Assembly (NCBI RefSeq): GCF_037042905.1
Contig: NC_087252.1
Coordinates: forward strand, 18,912,001-18,976,000
DNA: 64,000 bases
Source of the DNA: Lytechinus pictus
Taxonomy: Eukaryota
Direction: 5' to 3'
Shown here in pieces: positions 52,602-64,000 of the stretch. How positions within the stretch are numbered: the stretch's first letter is position 1; the number at the start of each line of letters is the position of its first letter. The position numbers were made by a program, and so were the translations under genes. The notes beneath the pieces are model-generated. The model searched no databases. It was not told where the DNA came from and saw nothing but the letters and a program-made list of their open reading frames with translations.

Positions 52602-53184
52602 AGGGATGGTCCCAGCTGGAGATATTTACATATCAATACATAGAGTAAAATTCACAAAGCAAAATGCTGAAAGTTCTATAAAAATCGGATAACAAATAAC
52701 AAAGTTATTGAATATTAAAGATTTGCATTTTGCCGGTGAAATAGTTCTAGGCATGTATTTATAAATATTCATTAGGTGGGCTGATGATATCCTTTCCCAC
52801 TTGTTCCCTTTGTATTTCATTATATGAAATTAGGTTTATTCAAAAAAATTATACCAAGAACTAAAACAATTGGATTGACAACTGATTAAGTGCATTAGTT
52901 ATTTACTGCCGCAACTTATTTCATCATAATGGAGACACATCATTTACACATGTATGAAAAAATGAAACATTTATGATTTCATGTAATAACATAAGAAAAG
53001 GGAAGTGGGGATGTGACATCAGCCCACCTAATGAATATTCATAACGATGTGCATATAACTGTTTTTACAAAATATTGATAAAACTTCGTTATTTGTTATC
53101 CGATTTTAATGAAATTTTCTGCATTTTGCTCAGTGAATTTAATTATTTATTTAGATACAAATATTTTCAGCCCGGATCATCCTT
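52602..53184. mobile_element. Kolobok-like MITE (second family)
   Basis: agggatggtcccagctg ... cagcccggatcatcctt|ttaa; subterminal aaaatcggataacaaataac and gttatttgttatccgatttt. Confidence 0.7.
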
Positions 53185-53317
53185 TTAATGGGGATTTGTT
53201 TTGCGACTATTTGAAATGCTAACTTTCATTTCTGACATGGCAATAAATGCCGAAGTTTATAACATATGTGTAATCCTTCTTTGTTTACTATTTATGAAAA
53301 AATGGTTAGCTTATTAA

Positions 53318-54114
53318 AGGTCAAGTCCACCCGAGAAAAACGTTGATTTGAATAAGTAGAGAAAAATCAAACTAGCATTACTGAAAATGTCATCAAAATC
53401 GGATGTAAAATAAGAAAGTTATGACATTTTTAAGTTTTGCTTATTTTTCACAAAACAGTGATATGTACAACTCAGTGACATGTTAATAAGACAGTCGATG
53501 ATGTCCAACACTCACTATTTCTTTTGTTTTCAATTGTTTAAATTATAAAATATTTCATTTTTTACAGTTTTAACATTAATGACCAACTTGACTAAACCAT
53601 ATTTTGCAGGGCCTCTTTGTAAATCAGTTCTATAACTGAAAGGGCTACCCTGCGAGAAAACTGAAATAAATAAAAATAGCATTAAATAATTCTAATTCCA
53701 CATGTTCAGGGAGGAATTAATCCTTGTATCCAGTAGCGTACCGTGACCCGGAGGAGACAAAGCATTGGGGGGGGCACAGCATTGTTCACAGACAATGCAG
53801 TGCCCCCCCTAATGCTTTGTCTCCTCCGGGTCACGGTACGCTACTACTTGTATCACTTGACAATAAGGAAAAAATTAGAATGTTTCATATTTCAGATAAT
53901 AAAATAACAAAAGAAAGAGTGGATGACGTCATAAGTCTCCTTATTTGCATACTGACCAGGATGTGTATATAACTGTTTTGTGAAATTAAGCGAAAGTTTT
54001 AAATGTCATAACTTTCTTATTTTTCATCCGATTTCGATGAAATTTTCAGTGTTATGCTTGCTAGATTTTTATCTTTTTATTCAAATCAACTTTTTGTTGG
54101 GGTGGACTTGTCCT
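53318..54114. mobile_element. Kolobok-like MITE with nested insertions
   Basis: ttaa|aggtcaagtccacc ... ggtggacttgtcct|ttaa. Confidence 0.85.
53731..53846. mobile_element. 116-bp hAT-like hairpin MITE with 8-bp TSD CTTGTATC
   Basis: cttgtatc|cagtagcgtaccgtgacccggaggagacaaagcatt ... aatgctttgtctcctccgggtcacggtacgctacta|cttgtatc. Confidence 0.9.
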
Positions 54115-54904
54115 TTAACAATTAAAACCACTGTCGTAAAGAAGGGGACTCTGGCTCTAGTCCCTCAAAAGTTCCAAAATTGGAGATAGAAATAAAATAA
54201 GAGAGAGAAAGATATTGAGAAGGGAAAGGGTTCATTGAGTCATTTCTTTTTTTATATATGCGCTAGCTACCACTTGGTACAAGTGCAGTACACAGGGGAA
54301 AGGCGTGCACCCCATGAAAGTTGGAGGGGGAGTAAGAAAAGGGAACTTATATGTCAAAATGGGCATTTGGTGCAAACGGATATTTTCACCATGAGATTAT
54401 CATCTGCGTGAAGTAGTTGTGAGTTTTGTGGTACTAAAGTTGAGCAAAGCCTTCAGGACTAGTGATTGATTACATAATTTTACGTAGGCTTTATTTTTTT
54501 CCGCGAGCAAATGGTCAGGAAAAATTTAAAACCTGAATATGTGAAATTCGATTTTTGGTCAATTGTGGTGATTACTGCGCGAAGCGCGAGCATTTAGTGA
54601 CTGATGAATAGGATACATCTAACAAATCAAATAGGGAAGAGTGGGGCTAATCCGCACCAGGTTGAAGTCCGCCCACCACTTGATTTGACACTTTGCTGTG
54701 ACTGGATGTAGGTTTTTTTGATGTAATGTTAACATGCCAAAGGTAGCAACATAACTTGGTGCGAGGTCATCTGTTCGGAATTTCAGAAAACTATAAGAGG
54801 CGACCATTTCGAGGCCATTTGTAAAATGAAATGTCTTGTATCTTTTGTACAGGCACTCATGAATGCAGTTATATATATATATATATATATACATGTATAT
54901 ATAA

Positions 54905-57900
54905 TAGTCCAGGAAAAATAAGGTTTGACCTCAAACAAATTGCAACAGAATATTTTTCACCACAATGCATTTCCATGAAGTCCCCAAAATGACATACTAA
55001 AAGTCCAGAAAAATCCAAGTGGTGGAAAGACGTCTAATTTGCATAAATCCAAAATGGCGGCCATCGTGAGAACTTTTCATGATTATTAATAGTATTACAA
55101 ACACTAGTCTGATCATAGCACCTTTAAAAATAATGATTAAAGCATCTAAAGTTCACCAGTGTTATATCTTACCATAGGCTTCATTCTAAGATTAGAATGC
55201 AAGTCAGATTTGACCTCTGATGACCTCTAGAGGTCAATGACCTTTAGGTCAATGACCTCAAAATATCAGAAAATTTATGATTTGCAACATTAGTTCATGA
55301 TAACTATGGTTATAATGCAAAACAAAATTCAATATTGACTTTCAGGGTATCCTGATATTCTAGAATGAAGTTTGTGTATTATAAGTTTTAACCTTTGACC
55401 CCGGAGCAGAGGCAAAGGTCAATGACCTTAACATATTCGAATATTGACACTTAGCATCAGTGGTTTGTGAAAAATAGGCCTCTTGTGTAAAATTGCAGTA
55501 CAATTTATTTCAGCATGAAAATATTGTAATGCATTTCCATGAAGTCTCCAAAATGACATACTAAAAGTCCAGAAAAATCCAAGTGGTGGAAAGACGTCTA
55601 ATTTGCATAAATCCAAAATGGAGGCCATCGTGAGTATTTTTCATATTTATTAATAATAGTACTAATACTGATCTAATCATTGCTCTTTCAAAAATTATGA
55701 TAAAAGCATCAAACTTTCACCAATTGGTATTATATTTTACCATATGCTTGATTTCAAAATTAGGATGCAAGTCAGATTTGACCTATGCTGACCTCTAGAG
55801 GTCAATGACCTTATGTTAAATGACCTTAAAAATCAGAAAATTTATGTTTTGCATCATTAGCTCATAATAAAATGGTTTTAATGCAAACAAAATTATTAAA
55901 TATTGACTTTCAAGGTATCCTGATATTCTAGAAAGAATTTGGTGGGTTTTAAGATTTGACCTTTGACCCTGCAGAGCTAGAAAAGGTCAATGTCCTTAAT
56001 ATTGTGGATTATTGATGCTCATTGCTCACTGTTTTATGATAGGCTTAAATAGGCCTATCATGTAAAAAATTGCAATACTATTTATTTCAACACAGTGCAT
56101 TTCCATGAAGTCTCTAAAATGACATATACGAAGCAAAAGTCATGAAAAACCCAAGTGGTGGAAAGGCGTCTAATTTGCATATATATATATCCAAAGTGAT
56201 CCAAAATCATTAATCGTAGAAGTACAAACACTGGTCTGATCATAACACTAAAATTATGATTAAAGCATTGAACTTTCACCCATGTTATATTTTATCATAG
56301 GTTTCATTAAAAAAATTCGGATATAAGTCGGATTTGATGTCTGCTGAACTCTAGAGGCAATGACCTAAATGATTATTGACGTCGAAATAAAAATAATCAT
56401 AAAAATTGATGTTTTGCATCATAAGTCCGTTATAAACATTGTTAGTTTGTGAGAATAGTTAATTTTAACTTGTAAGGTCCTTTTATATTCATGAGAAAAT
56501 AGATGAGTATTAAAAGTTGTGACCTTTAACCCTGAGGGCTTCAAAGGTCACTGGATTTAAAATATGAAACTTAACTAGTTTACTAAAACCAGCTTCTGCT
56601 GAATAGAGCAACCCGGTACAAGCCACAGCAAAGTGAATATCTTCCATGGTACCAATCGCTTAGCAGCACGCTTTGCTATACAGTCACATTTTCCAGAAAT
56701 TTGGAGGAAGGGTAGAGTAATTGCTATCCTCAAACCTGGGCAAGATCCAAATGTGCCTAAAAACTTCAGGCCGATCCCCCTACTATGATATCTCTACAAG
56801 CTACTTAAGCATCTCATCCTGAACAAAAGATGGTCAAATTATAGAACAGCATCCTATTCCTAACCAGGCTGGTTTTTAACTTGGGAAATAATATGCAGGC
56901 TAGGTTTTCAACCAGACTCAGTTAACTGAGGACACTTAAGTAACTAACGGGTGTAGAACATTTTGTTGAATTAACAACTGCATCTGACACTACTCATATA
57001 ATGGTACAACACATTGAAGACATTCATCTGACCAAACTCATCAAACTTCTACTAGAAAACAGATATCTCTTGATGGAGCTCAACAGGAAGACCAGCTGTA
57101 AAGAATTCAAAAGAATTGACTCTTTCAAGGTAGTGTTCTCGCTCGAGTCCCGTCTTCTTCTAACCCAACCAATACAAAAGTTAGCTTGTTTCATCCCCAC
57201 AATCCTCATGCTTGGAGGAAACTCAAAACAACCTATGGTTGGAATTCCCTTATAGAACTGCGACCATGCAATTGATCTTGGTGTCACTAATGATCAGTCA
57301 CATTAAGATGAAGGGGGAAAGTGAAGATCCATAACAACCTTGCCAGGAACTGACAAACCCCTCCTGGAAGCCAGTACTCTGCTACAGAGTATATGCATGT
57401 CCCGTCTTGGACCTACCTCTAGCCAATAAGTGGGAATATCACACACTATCTAAGTCCAAAAAAAGTGAAGTCTGTATGTCCTGTCAGGTATTACCCATCT
57501 TATGCAGATCAGTAGCTAGCACCACAGAGCTCTTAGCAAAGCGAAGATACCGTCCATCCATTCTTTGATACCAAACTAATTGAAAAAAACTAAGATCTAG
57601 GAAACATATTTTTAATTCTGTTCAACCTCTGACAGAGTCACCATTATGACTATTAAAGTGCAAGTTATGGGAAGAGAAGGGCAGTGTCATCCAGCATCAT
57701 TGTAAGCTGCATCTCCCTTCTAAAGGGCAACTACACCAAGTTACAATCTAGATAGGAAAACTTCCATATCTGTCGGGGAGTTAACATAGATTATAACAGC
57801 AAAATTTTAATTGAGGCATTTCACGTATCATGTCAAACCTACCCAATGCTCTAACCTCAGTCAGGAATGTACTAGCCAAAAAAGACCTGGGGTCTGTTTT

Positions 57901-60169
57901 ACTCATGCAACTTTACCATTGTGTCAGTTGTTGTAACATGGCTCAGCGGCCAATCAAACTCAAGGTAACCATGGTAGTTGCCATCGTGGCAAAGTACAGC
58001 AGTTGTAACTTTATGAAACGGGCCCCTGATGACTACAAAAAGAAGGCTGTGCAATAGTCCAGGTCTAACATTGTCTAATCAAATATCTGACCTTGATTTG
58101 TAGGGCCTACATGTACATGATGTAGACGATGGGCACAAAAGATTAATTTTTAGATAGTCAGAATAACTAAGAGGGTATTGCTGAGTATTGCAGGTTTTAA
58201 CCCTTGACATCTGAGGGCCTTTAGAGGTAATTTTCAGAGGCCAATGACCTCAAAGTATGAGAATGTTGAGTACTTAGCATCATTGGTTCATAAAAAACAA
58301 GGCTATCGTATACAAATTATACAGTTTTGTTATTTTTCAACAGATCATTTGGGTAAAGTCGCAGATCTCAGCATTTGACTGCTGAGAAAAGTGAAGGGCA
58401 ATTATCTCAATTATCAGTGATGCCGAGTACCAACATTTTTACATTTTAAGGACAATCATCTTTAGAGGTCTTCAAATTTCAAAACTCAAAGCCTGTAGCA
58501 ATTATCTCTTGAATTTTCAGGCACATAAGAGTTGATATGACAAATATTTTAACACGAACATGCGAATCAAGAACTATCGATACAAAACATCAATATGCTG
58601 ATAATTTTATTTCAAAGTCGTTCACCTTGAGGTCATTGCAAAATTATAACGATGACCTCCATTTTTTATTTATGCAAATTAGATGTCTTTCCACTACATT
58701 GATATTTCTGGACTTTTAGTATGTCATTTTGCAGACTTCATGGAAATTCATTGTGCTGAAATAAATTATATTGCATTTTTTACACGAGATGTCTGTTTAT
58801 CATAAACTACTGAAGCTAAGTATCAATATTCTAAAATTTTAAAATTATTGACCTTTGCCAGGTCAAAGGTCAGAATCTATAATACACAAAATTCTTTCTA
58901 GAATAACAGGATACCTTGAAAGTCAATATTGAATGATTTCGTTTGCTTTATAAATATTATAATATTCATCATGAACTAAAAATGTAAAACATCAATTTTC
59001 TGATATTATGAGGTCGTTGACCTTAAGGTCATTGACCTCTAGAGGTCAGCAGAGGTTAAATCTAATTTTAAAATGAAGGCTATGGTAAGATGAAGCCTAT
59101 GGCAAGTGAAAGTGAAATACTTTAATCATAATTTTTAAAAGTGCTATGATTATACCAGTGTTTGTACTACTATAAGTAATCATGAAAAATTCTCATGATG
59201 GCGGCCATTTTGAATTTATGCAAATTAAACGTCTTTCCACGACATAGATTTTTCTGGACTTTTAGTATGTCATTTTGGGGACTTAAGGGAAATGCATTGC
59301 GGTGAAAAAAATTGTTGCAATTTGTTTGCGGTTGACCCACCAAATCAGTTATTTTTCCTGGACAATAGAGCTAACACAATTTTTACAAATTTGAAATGAA
59401 ATGTGGTTGCGTTTATTTTGATACACACTGTACAACATGATATATCCAGAGGCGTGGCTTCGTCAGCCCCCCCCCCCCCCCCGAGAGGGCTAGGCCTTGA
59501 TGTGGCAGCACTTTTTACAGAGAAACGGCTAATCTTATCTCTCCAAGTGGTTAAAAAAGAGTAGATAAATACATACAATATTTAACTATACACTATACAT
59601 TATACATATAGTCTTCGAAAATGCATACAAAAGCGACATTTGTGAAATTTGAGTAGTCAACTTTGATACCTTATAAATTTATTAAAAAGAAAGAGATCAA
59701 GTTAGAATTTCATCCACATGCTAATAGTATATCAATAAGGTTTTCTGGAACATTTCTAGGTAATTGCTGTATTTTTCTCAGATTTATGTAAAATCATGCA
59801 TTTCCAAAATTTTAAATTTTTTGGAAAAATGACAAAATATGAAGTTTTCCACTTAAAATATCATCCAAATGACCTATTTATCTCGTATAAATAGTACCAA
59901 ATTGTAGGAAATTTATTTCTGCTTCATATGACACCAATTTTGTGGCAATTAAATGTTCATGTCAAAATCTATGTACAAAAATTCAAATTTTCTGAAAACT
60001 TGGCGGCCATTTTGGATTTATGCAAATTAGGCGTCTTTCCACCACTAGGATTTTTCTGGACTTTTAGTATGTCATTATGGGGACTTCAGGGAAATGCATT
60101 GTGGTGAAAAAAATTCTGTTGCAATTTGTTTGAGGTTTACCCCCCAAATCGGCTATTTTTCCTGGACTA
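54905..60169 (+). mobile_element. Complete non-autonomous Academ-like foldback element (TAGT...ACTA, TSD TAA)
   Basis: taa|TAGTCCAGGAAAAATA at 54905 and TATTTTTCCTGGACTA|taa at 60169; approximately 565-bp subterminal tandem units that are inverted on the right. Confidence 0.85.
56600..57300 (+). pseudogene. Decayed non-LTR RT fragment (Ingi/Vingi-like) inside the Academ-like element
   Basis: FPEIWRKGRVIAILKPGQDPNVPKNFRPIPLL*YLYKLL...QAGF at about 56690-56878. Confidence 0.7.
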
Positions 60170-60292
60170 TAATGTGAAGAAGACGGAGGACCGTCGAAAA
60201 TTCGAGTAAACAATAAAAAACTTTATTGGCAATGAAAGCATTATCTTCAGCATTATTTTGTTACCTTACAGAAGCCAATAAATGAATCTTTA

Positions 60293-60295
<3 letters not shown>

Positions 60296-60347
<52 letters not shown>

Positions 60348-60388
60348 TGAAGTTATACATGTACTACATGTACTACAAATATCACTCC

Positions 60389-60454
<66 letters not shown>

Positions 60455-60468
60455 GGAGTGATATTTGT
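60296..60468. repeat. Two (TA)n tracts; the second is the centre of a perfect 94-bp palindrome
   Basis: acaaatatcactcctgc(at)30gcaggagtgatatttgt at 60375-60468. Confidence 0.9.
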
Positions 60469-60827
60469 TGCTTACTGAAATATGCATTTGATATTTTAAA
60501 ATATGTAAGTATCTTGTAAGTTTTGCAAAAAACAAGAGAACAGAAAATGGCTGCATGTATCATTTTGCAAAAAGGGAACTTTTAATTTTGAAACAAGTTA
60601 TAGACTAAAGTGCGAGTCCAGGATTGTTTTCTTTTTGGGGGGTATCTTTTTATTCTTGTAATCGAATGTAGAATGGGCTATGAGGTATCAGAATTACAAT
60701 TTTGTCATCGTACTCGCCAAATGTGCCAAATAATTTTCTTTACAAACTTACCAGCATGTATCTAAAAATAAAACAAGCGAGCACAACGCAGGAGGAAAGA
60801 TGTACAATATCTTTATTGGTACCATAG

Positions 60828-61400
60828 TTTGATTTGATTTGCATTGTTTCATTTACAAATTCATAGTAATAACTGGAGGATTATTATAATTCACAATAAT
60901 ACATACATGATAAACAAAGAACAATTGGATTAAAATGTCAATTTAAAAAGTGATCATTGTATAGAAAATTAGCAAAGTATTGAATAACTAAGTGCAGTAA
61001 GTCGGGGAGAGGGTCCCTAGATCCAGAAAAAATGAACATGACGAATAATAGGCCTATATTTTGCTTTTCGTAAAGTAAAATACATAATTACCCAAACACA
61101 GTTTTCATGACTGCATACATTGAACACTTACAATGTTACATATAGGATGTAAATACAAATGACACGCACAAATTGAATTATATTATTGTGCATATTAGTG
61201 CAAAAATAAATAAAATGAAAAAGCTGATGTAAGAGTAAAAGAAAGAGGGAGAGAGAGAGAGAAAATGATTCTTCAAGTAAGTCACTGTTGAGGTTTATGT
61301 ATGTGGAAAACAATGTGCTTTTCAATTTTTGTTTAAAGCTATGCAAGCTTTGGGGAACCTTTAAACTATCATCTAATGAAATCCAGAATTCAATCCTAAT
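60828..61400 (-). mobile_element. 3' end of a CR1/L2-type LINE
   Basis: Minus-strand FWISLDDSLKVPQSLHSFKQKLK resembles the ORF end at 19507-19725; reverse (AATCA)n tail at 60828-60842. Confidence 0.6.
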
Positions 61401-62918
61401 TAGCAAAAATATCTTATTTGCAAAAAGATATTGTCATTTCATCGTTAAGTTACACAAAGAAAATAATTGGATAATTTTCTCCTCTTTAATACTTCCTTAT
61501 CCTTATCACTCGTCATTTTCGCGAAATAATCTATATATTGGACAATTCATATTTTTATTGATAATTCAGTGTTTTATGTTGATCATTTAGTCCCACAGGG
61601 AAAAGGAGGCACATGCCCCCAATTGCCCCCCCCCCCTCCGCCTTGTACCCCCAAAATAACCATAGGAAACTATTTTTTTTTCCAAAATGGAGGCCTTTTT
61701 TTTTTAATGGAATAAGTCTTTTTCTAACAATATACTTTTTAAGAAGTAAAATAATACATTTTAGGTTAAAAAATCACTAAATTTTTGGCTCTTGCTTCGC
61801 TCTCCATCAATTATCATTATTCAGTAAGGTAGTACTTATCCTGTTTACGGTTTTCAAAATGTTTAGAATGTCCAGTGTCTTAGTTTCTATTATTTACAAT
61901 TTTTCTCGCTTTTCGCGCTAGCATCAAAGGTATTCATGTTTCTGGTGACAAAAAATTTTGAGGTCGCGATTCGCACTTAAATAACTCGAAATAATGCCCT
62001 ATTATTTTAAAACTGATCAGCACCATGAAGCGGATTTTGCAACTTCATTTTTGAATTTTTTCCAAAGCGCTTGCATGCTATACTCTCTCGCGGAAAAGAG
62101 CCTATATATCTCAGAAATCACCGAGTTCAAAAGACTCTCCTGTAACCTGTAAATTACTACAAAACATCCAACTACTTCATGCAGAGGGTAGTGTCATGGT
62201 AACATGTACGTTTGCACCAAATTGCAAATCTTGACATACTAAGTACTTTATGTCTTTGCCCCCCCCCCCCTCCCCCCCCCCCTCCAAACAAAAATATGTT
62301 CAGAGCCGCCCCTGCTTTTACTTTTTAAATGTATGTTAATCTAATTTGTAAAATATTCACGCACAAACACTCTGTATGGGTTATGCTTTTTCAACTGGTT
62401 ATTTTTTTTTTTTTTTTTTTTTTTTGGGGGGGGGGTGTAGCCCATTAAAAAAAAACATCTTTCTCATCACAAAATAAGAGATTAAAAAAAAGTGCAGCAT
62501 ATTTTTCATTTAGAGAAAATCATAGGTGATCGATCGTGTACGTGTGTACATGCAGTGTATCCTTTGCGTGCATCCGGTGCGTTGGTGTACAAACAAATGG
62601 TACCAAACAGCACAGAGGCAGTGCGCGCACACACTGGACATATTTTCAATAAGCTAGGGAGCGAGTTACGCTATAGCAGGAGTTTACAGTTTAAGACCTT
62701 AACACACGACCATGGGGTTTCGAAAAGTACCCTAAAACAAGGGAAGCAATTCTTTTCCAGATTATGAAAATGCATCTCTAACAAGTATTTGGCTTGTGAA
62801 ACCCTACAAGTATTGGATATATATCCCTTTCTTCAGCATTTTAAACATCGTTTTGACACCCTTATAACGTTACATAGGCCTATACGTAACGTACCTGCCC
62901 ACTCTGTATGGTATGGAA

Positions 62919-63415
62919 TATGGAAAGCCATCGTTGCCACAATTCGTATTGCTATACGTATTGTCAATTTCTTATACGTACAGGCATTTTTACTATACGT
63001 ACAGAAATTGTCCAATCAGAAGGCCCCTTTTTTATGGAAAGCCATCGTTGCCACAATTCGTATTGCTATACGTATTGTCAATTTCTTATACGTACAGGCA
63101 TTTTTACTATACGTACAGAAATTGTCCAATCAGAAGGCCCCTTTTTAGTATACGTACAGGACGTACACTCTGTACGTATACTAGTTTAACTCTGTACGTA
63201 TACTAGTTAACTCTGTACGTATACGAGTTAACTCTGTACGTATACGAGTTAAGATCTGTACGTATACGAGTTAACTCTGTACGTATACTGGTTATCTCGG
63301 TACGTATACGAGTTAAGATCTGTACGTGTACGAGTTAACTCTGTACGTATACGAGTTAACTCTGTACGTATACTAGTTAACTCTTGTACGTACACGATTT
63401 CGCTCTTGTACGTAT
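62919..63415. repeat. Exact 114-bp tandem duplication (62919-63146) plus an approximately 21-bp minisatellite ctgtacgtatacgagttaact (about 63170-63400)
   Basis: Directly visible tandem copies. Confidence 0.9.
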
Positions 63416-64000
63416 AGACGATTGGCCAATCAGCTGCCGTCTTCCATATAGTGTCCTGGAGCATGCATTCTGCACTTGCTATAGCGCCAGCGTCGGCGCG
63501 CTATCGCTGCCATACTCCCATGACTACAGGCCAGGCCATATCCATAGGCAGATCCAAGGGGGGGGGCGAGGGGCCCGGGCTGCCCCTATTGGCGGAGCAA
63601 AAAAGTGAAAAAGAATTAACGGGAAAGAAAGAAAAAAAAGGAAAGAAATGAGGTAAAAAATAAGAGGAGGGAGACAAATGAATGATAAGGTCAGGGGAAG
63701 TCTTTGAAAATGATTTTTGAAAATATTTCATGCCACAATATTAAAGTTTCGCTCGCGCTTCGCGCTCGCACTGCCTTTTAGGTGATTTACATATCAATAT
63801 ACAAAGCATATTTCAGCTCAGACATCGAGTTTTCAATATTTTGTTTGATTTACAAATTGATTTTTTTAAAGTGCTTTGTAAAATGTCCGCTTTATGTTGT
63901 GAATATCATTTGCAGCCTTTTGCGCTGTGCGCTCGCATTATTTGATTTGCCAAGTAGGCCTACGTATTGTCTTTGTTTATTCCATAAGATTCTTTATTGA

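Noticed and set aside
60261..60563. YIYI-repeat ORFs (also 2146-2469 and 54619-54894)
   Set aside because: Translations of (TA)n microsatellites
63170..63400. CRISPR-like palindromic repeats
   Set aside because: Head-to-tail minisatellite without spacers

Overview
AT-rich, repeat-dense eukaryotic (animal) genomic DNA. The repeat repertoire looks like a marine invertebrate deuterostome, probably a sea urchin; this is an inference and was not verified. One host gene is readable on the + strand: seven GT-AG exons (13074-30298, about 790 aa, start codon not found). Every junction is phase 1, and each exon encodes one diverged helical module resembling a death domain. The 11.6-kb intron after the first visible exon is almost entirely a nest of transposons: an Academ-like TAG..CTA element, containing a Gypsy LTR retroelement, containing a MITE and a CACAGTG-terminated Transib/RAG-type element, containing a CR1/L2 LINE. 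The two ends of the Transib-type element read as heptamer-23 nt-ACAAAA and heptamer-12 nt-ACAAAA, resembling a 12/23 RSS pair. The rest of the window holds two copies of a composite Academ-like foldback element, a full-length but inactivated single-ORF CR1-group LINE, a solo LTR, a tRNA-derived SINE, many MITEs (TA, TTAA, 4-, 6- and 8-bp TSDs) and micro/minisatellites. No prokaryotic features, CRISPR array or rRNA were found. Family assignments come from termini, TSDs and motifs read by eye, with no database search.
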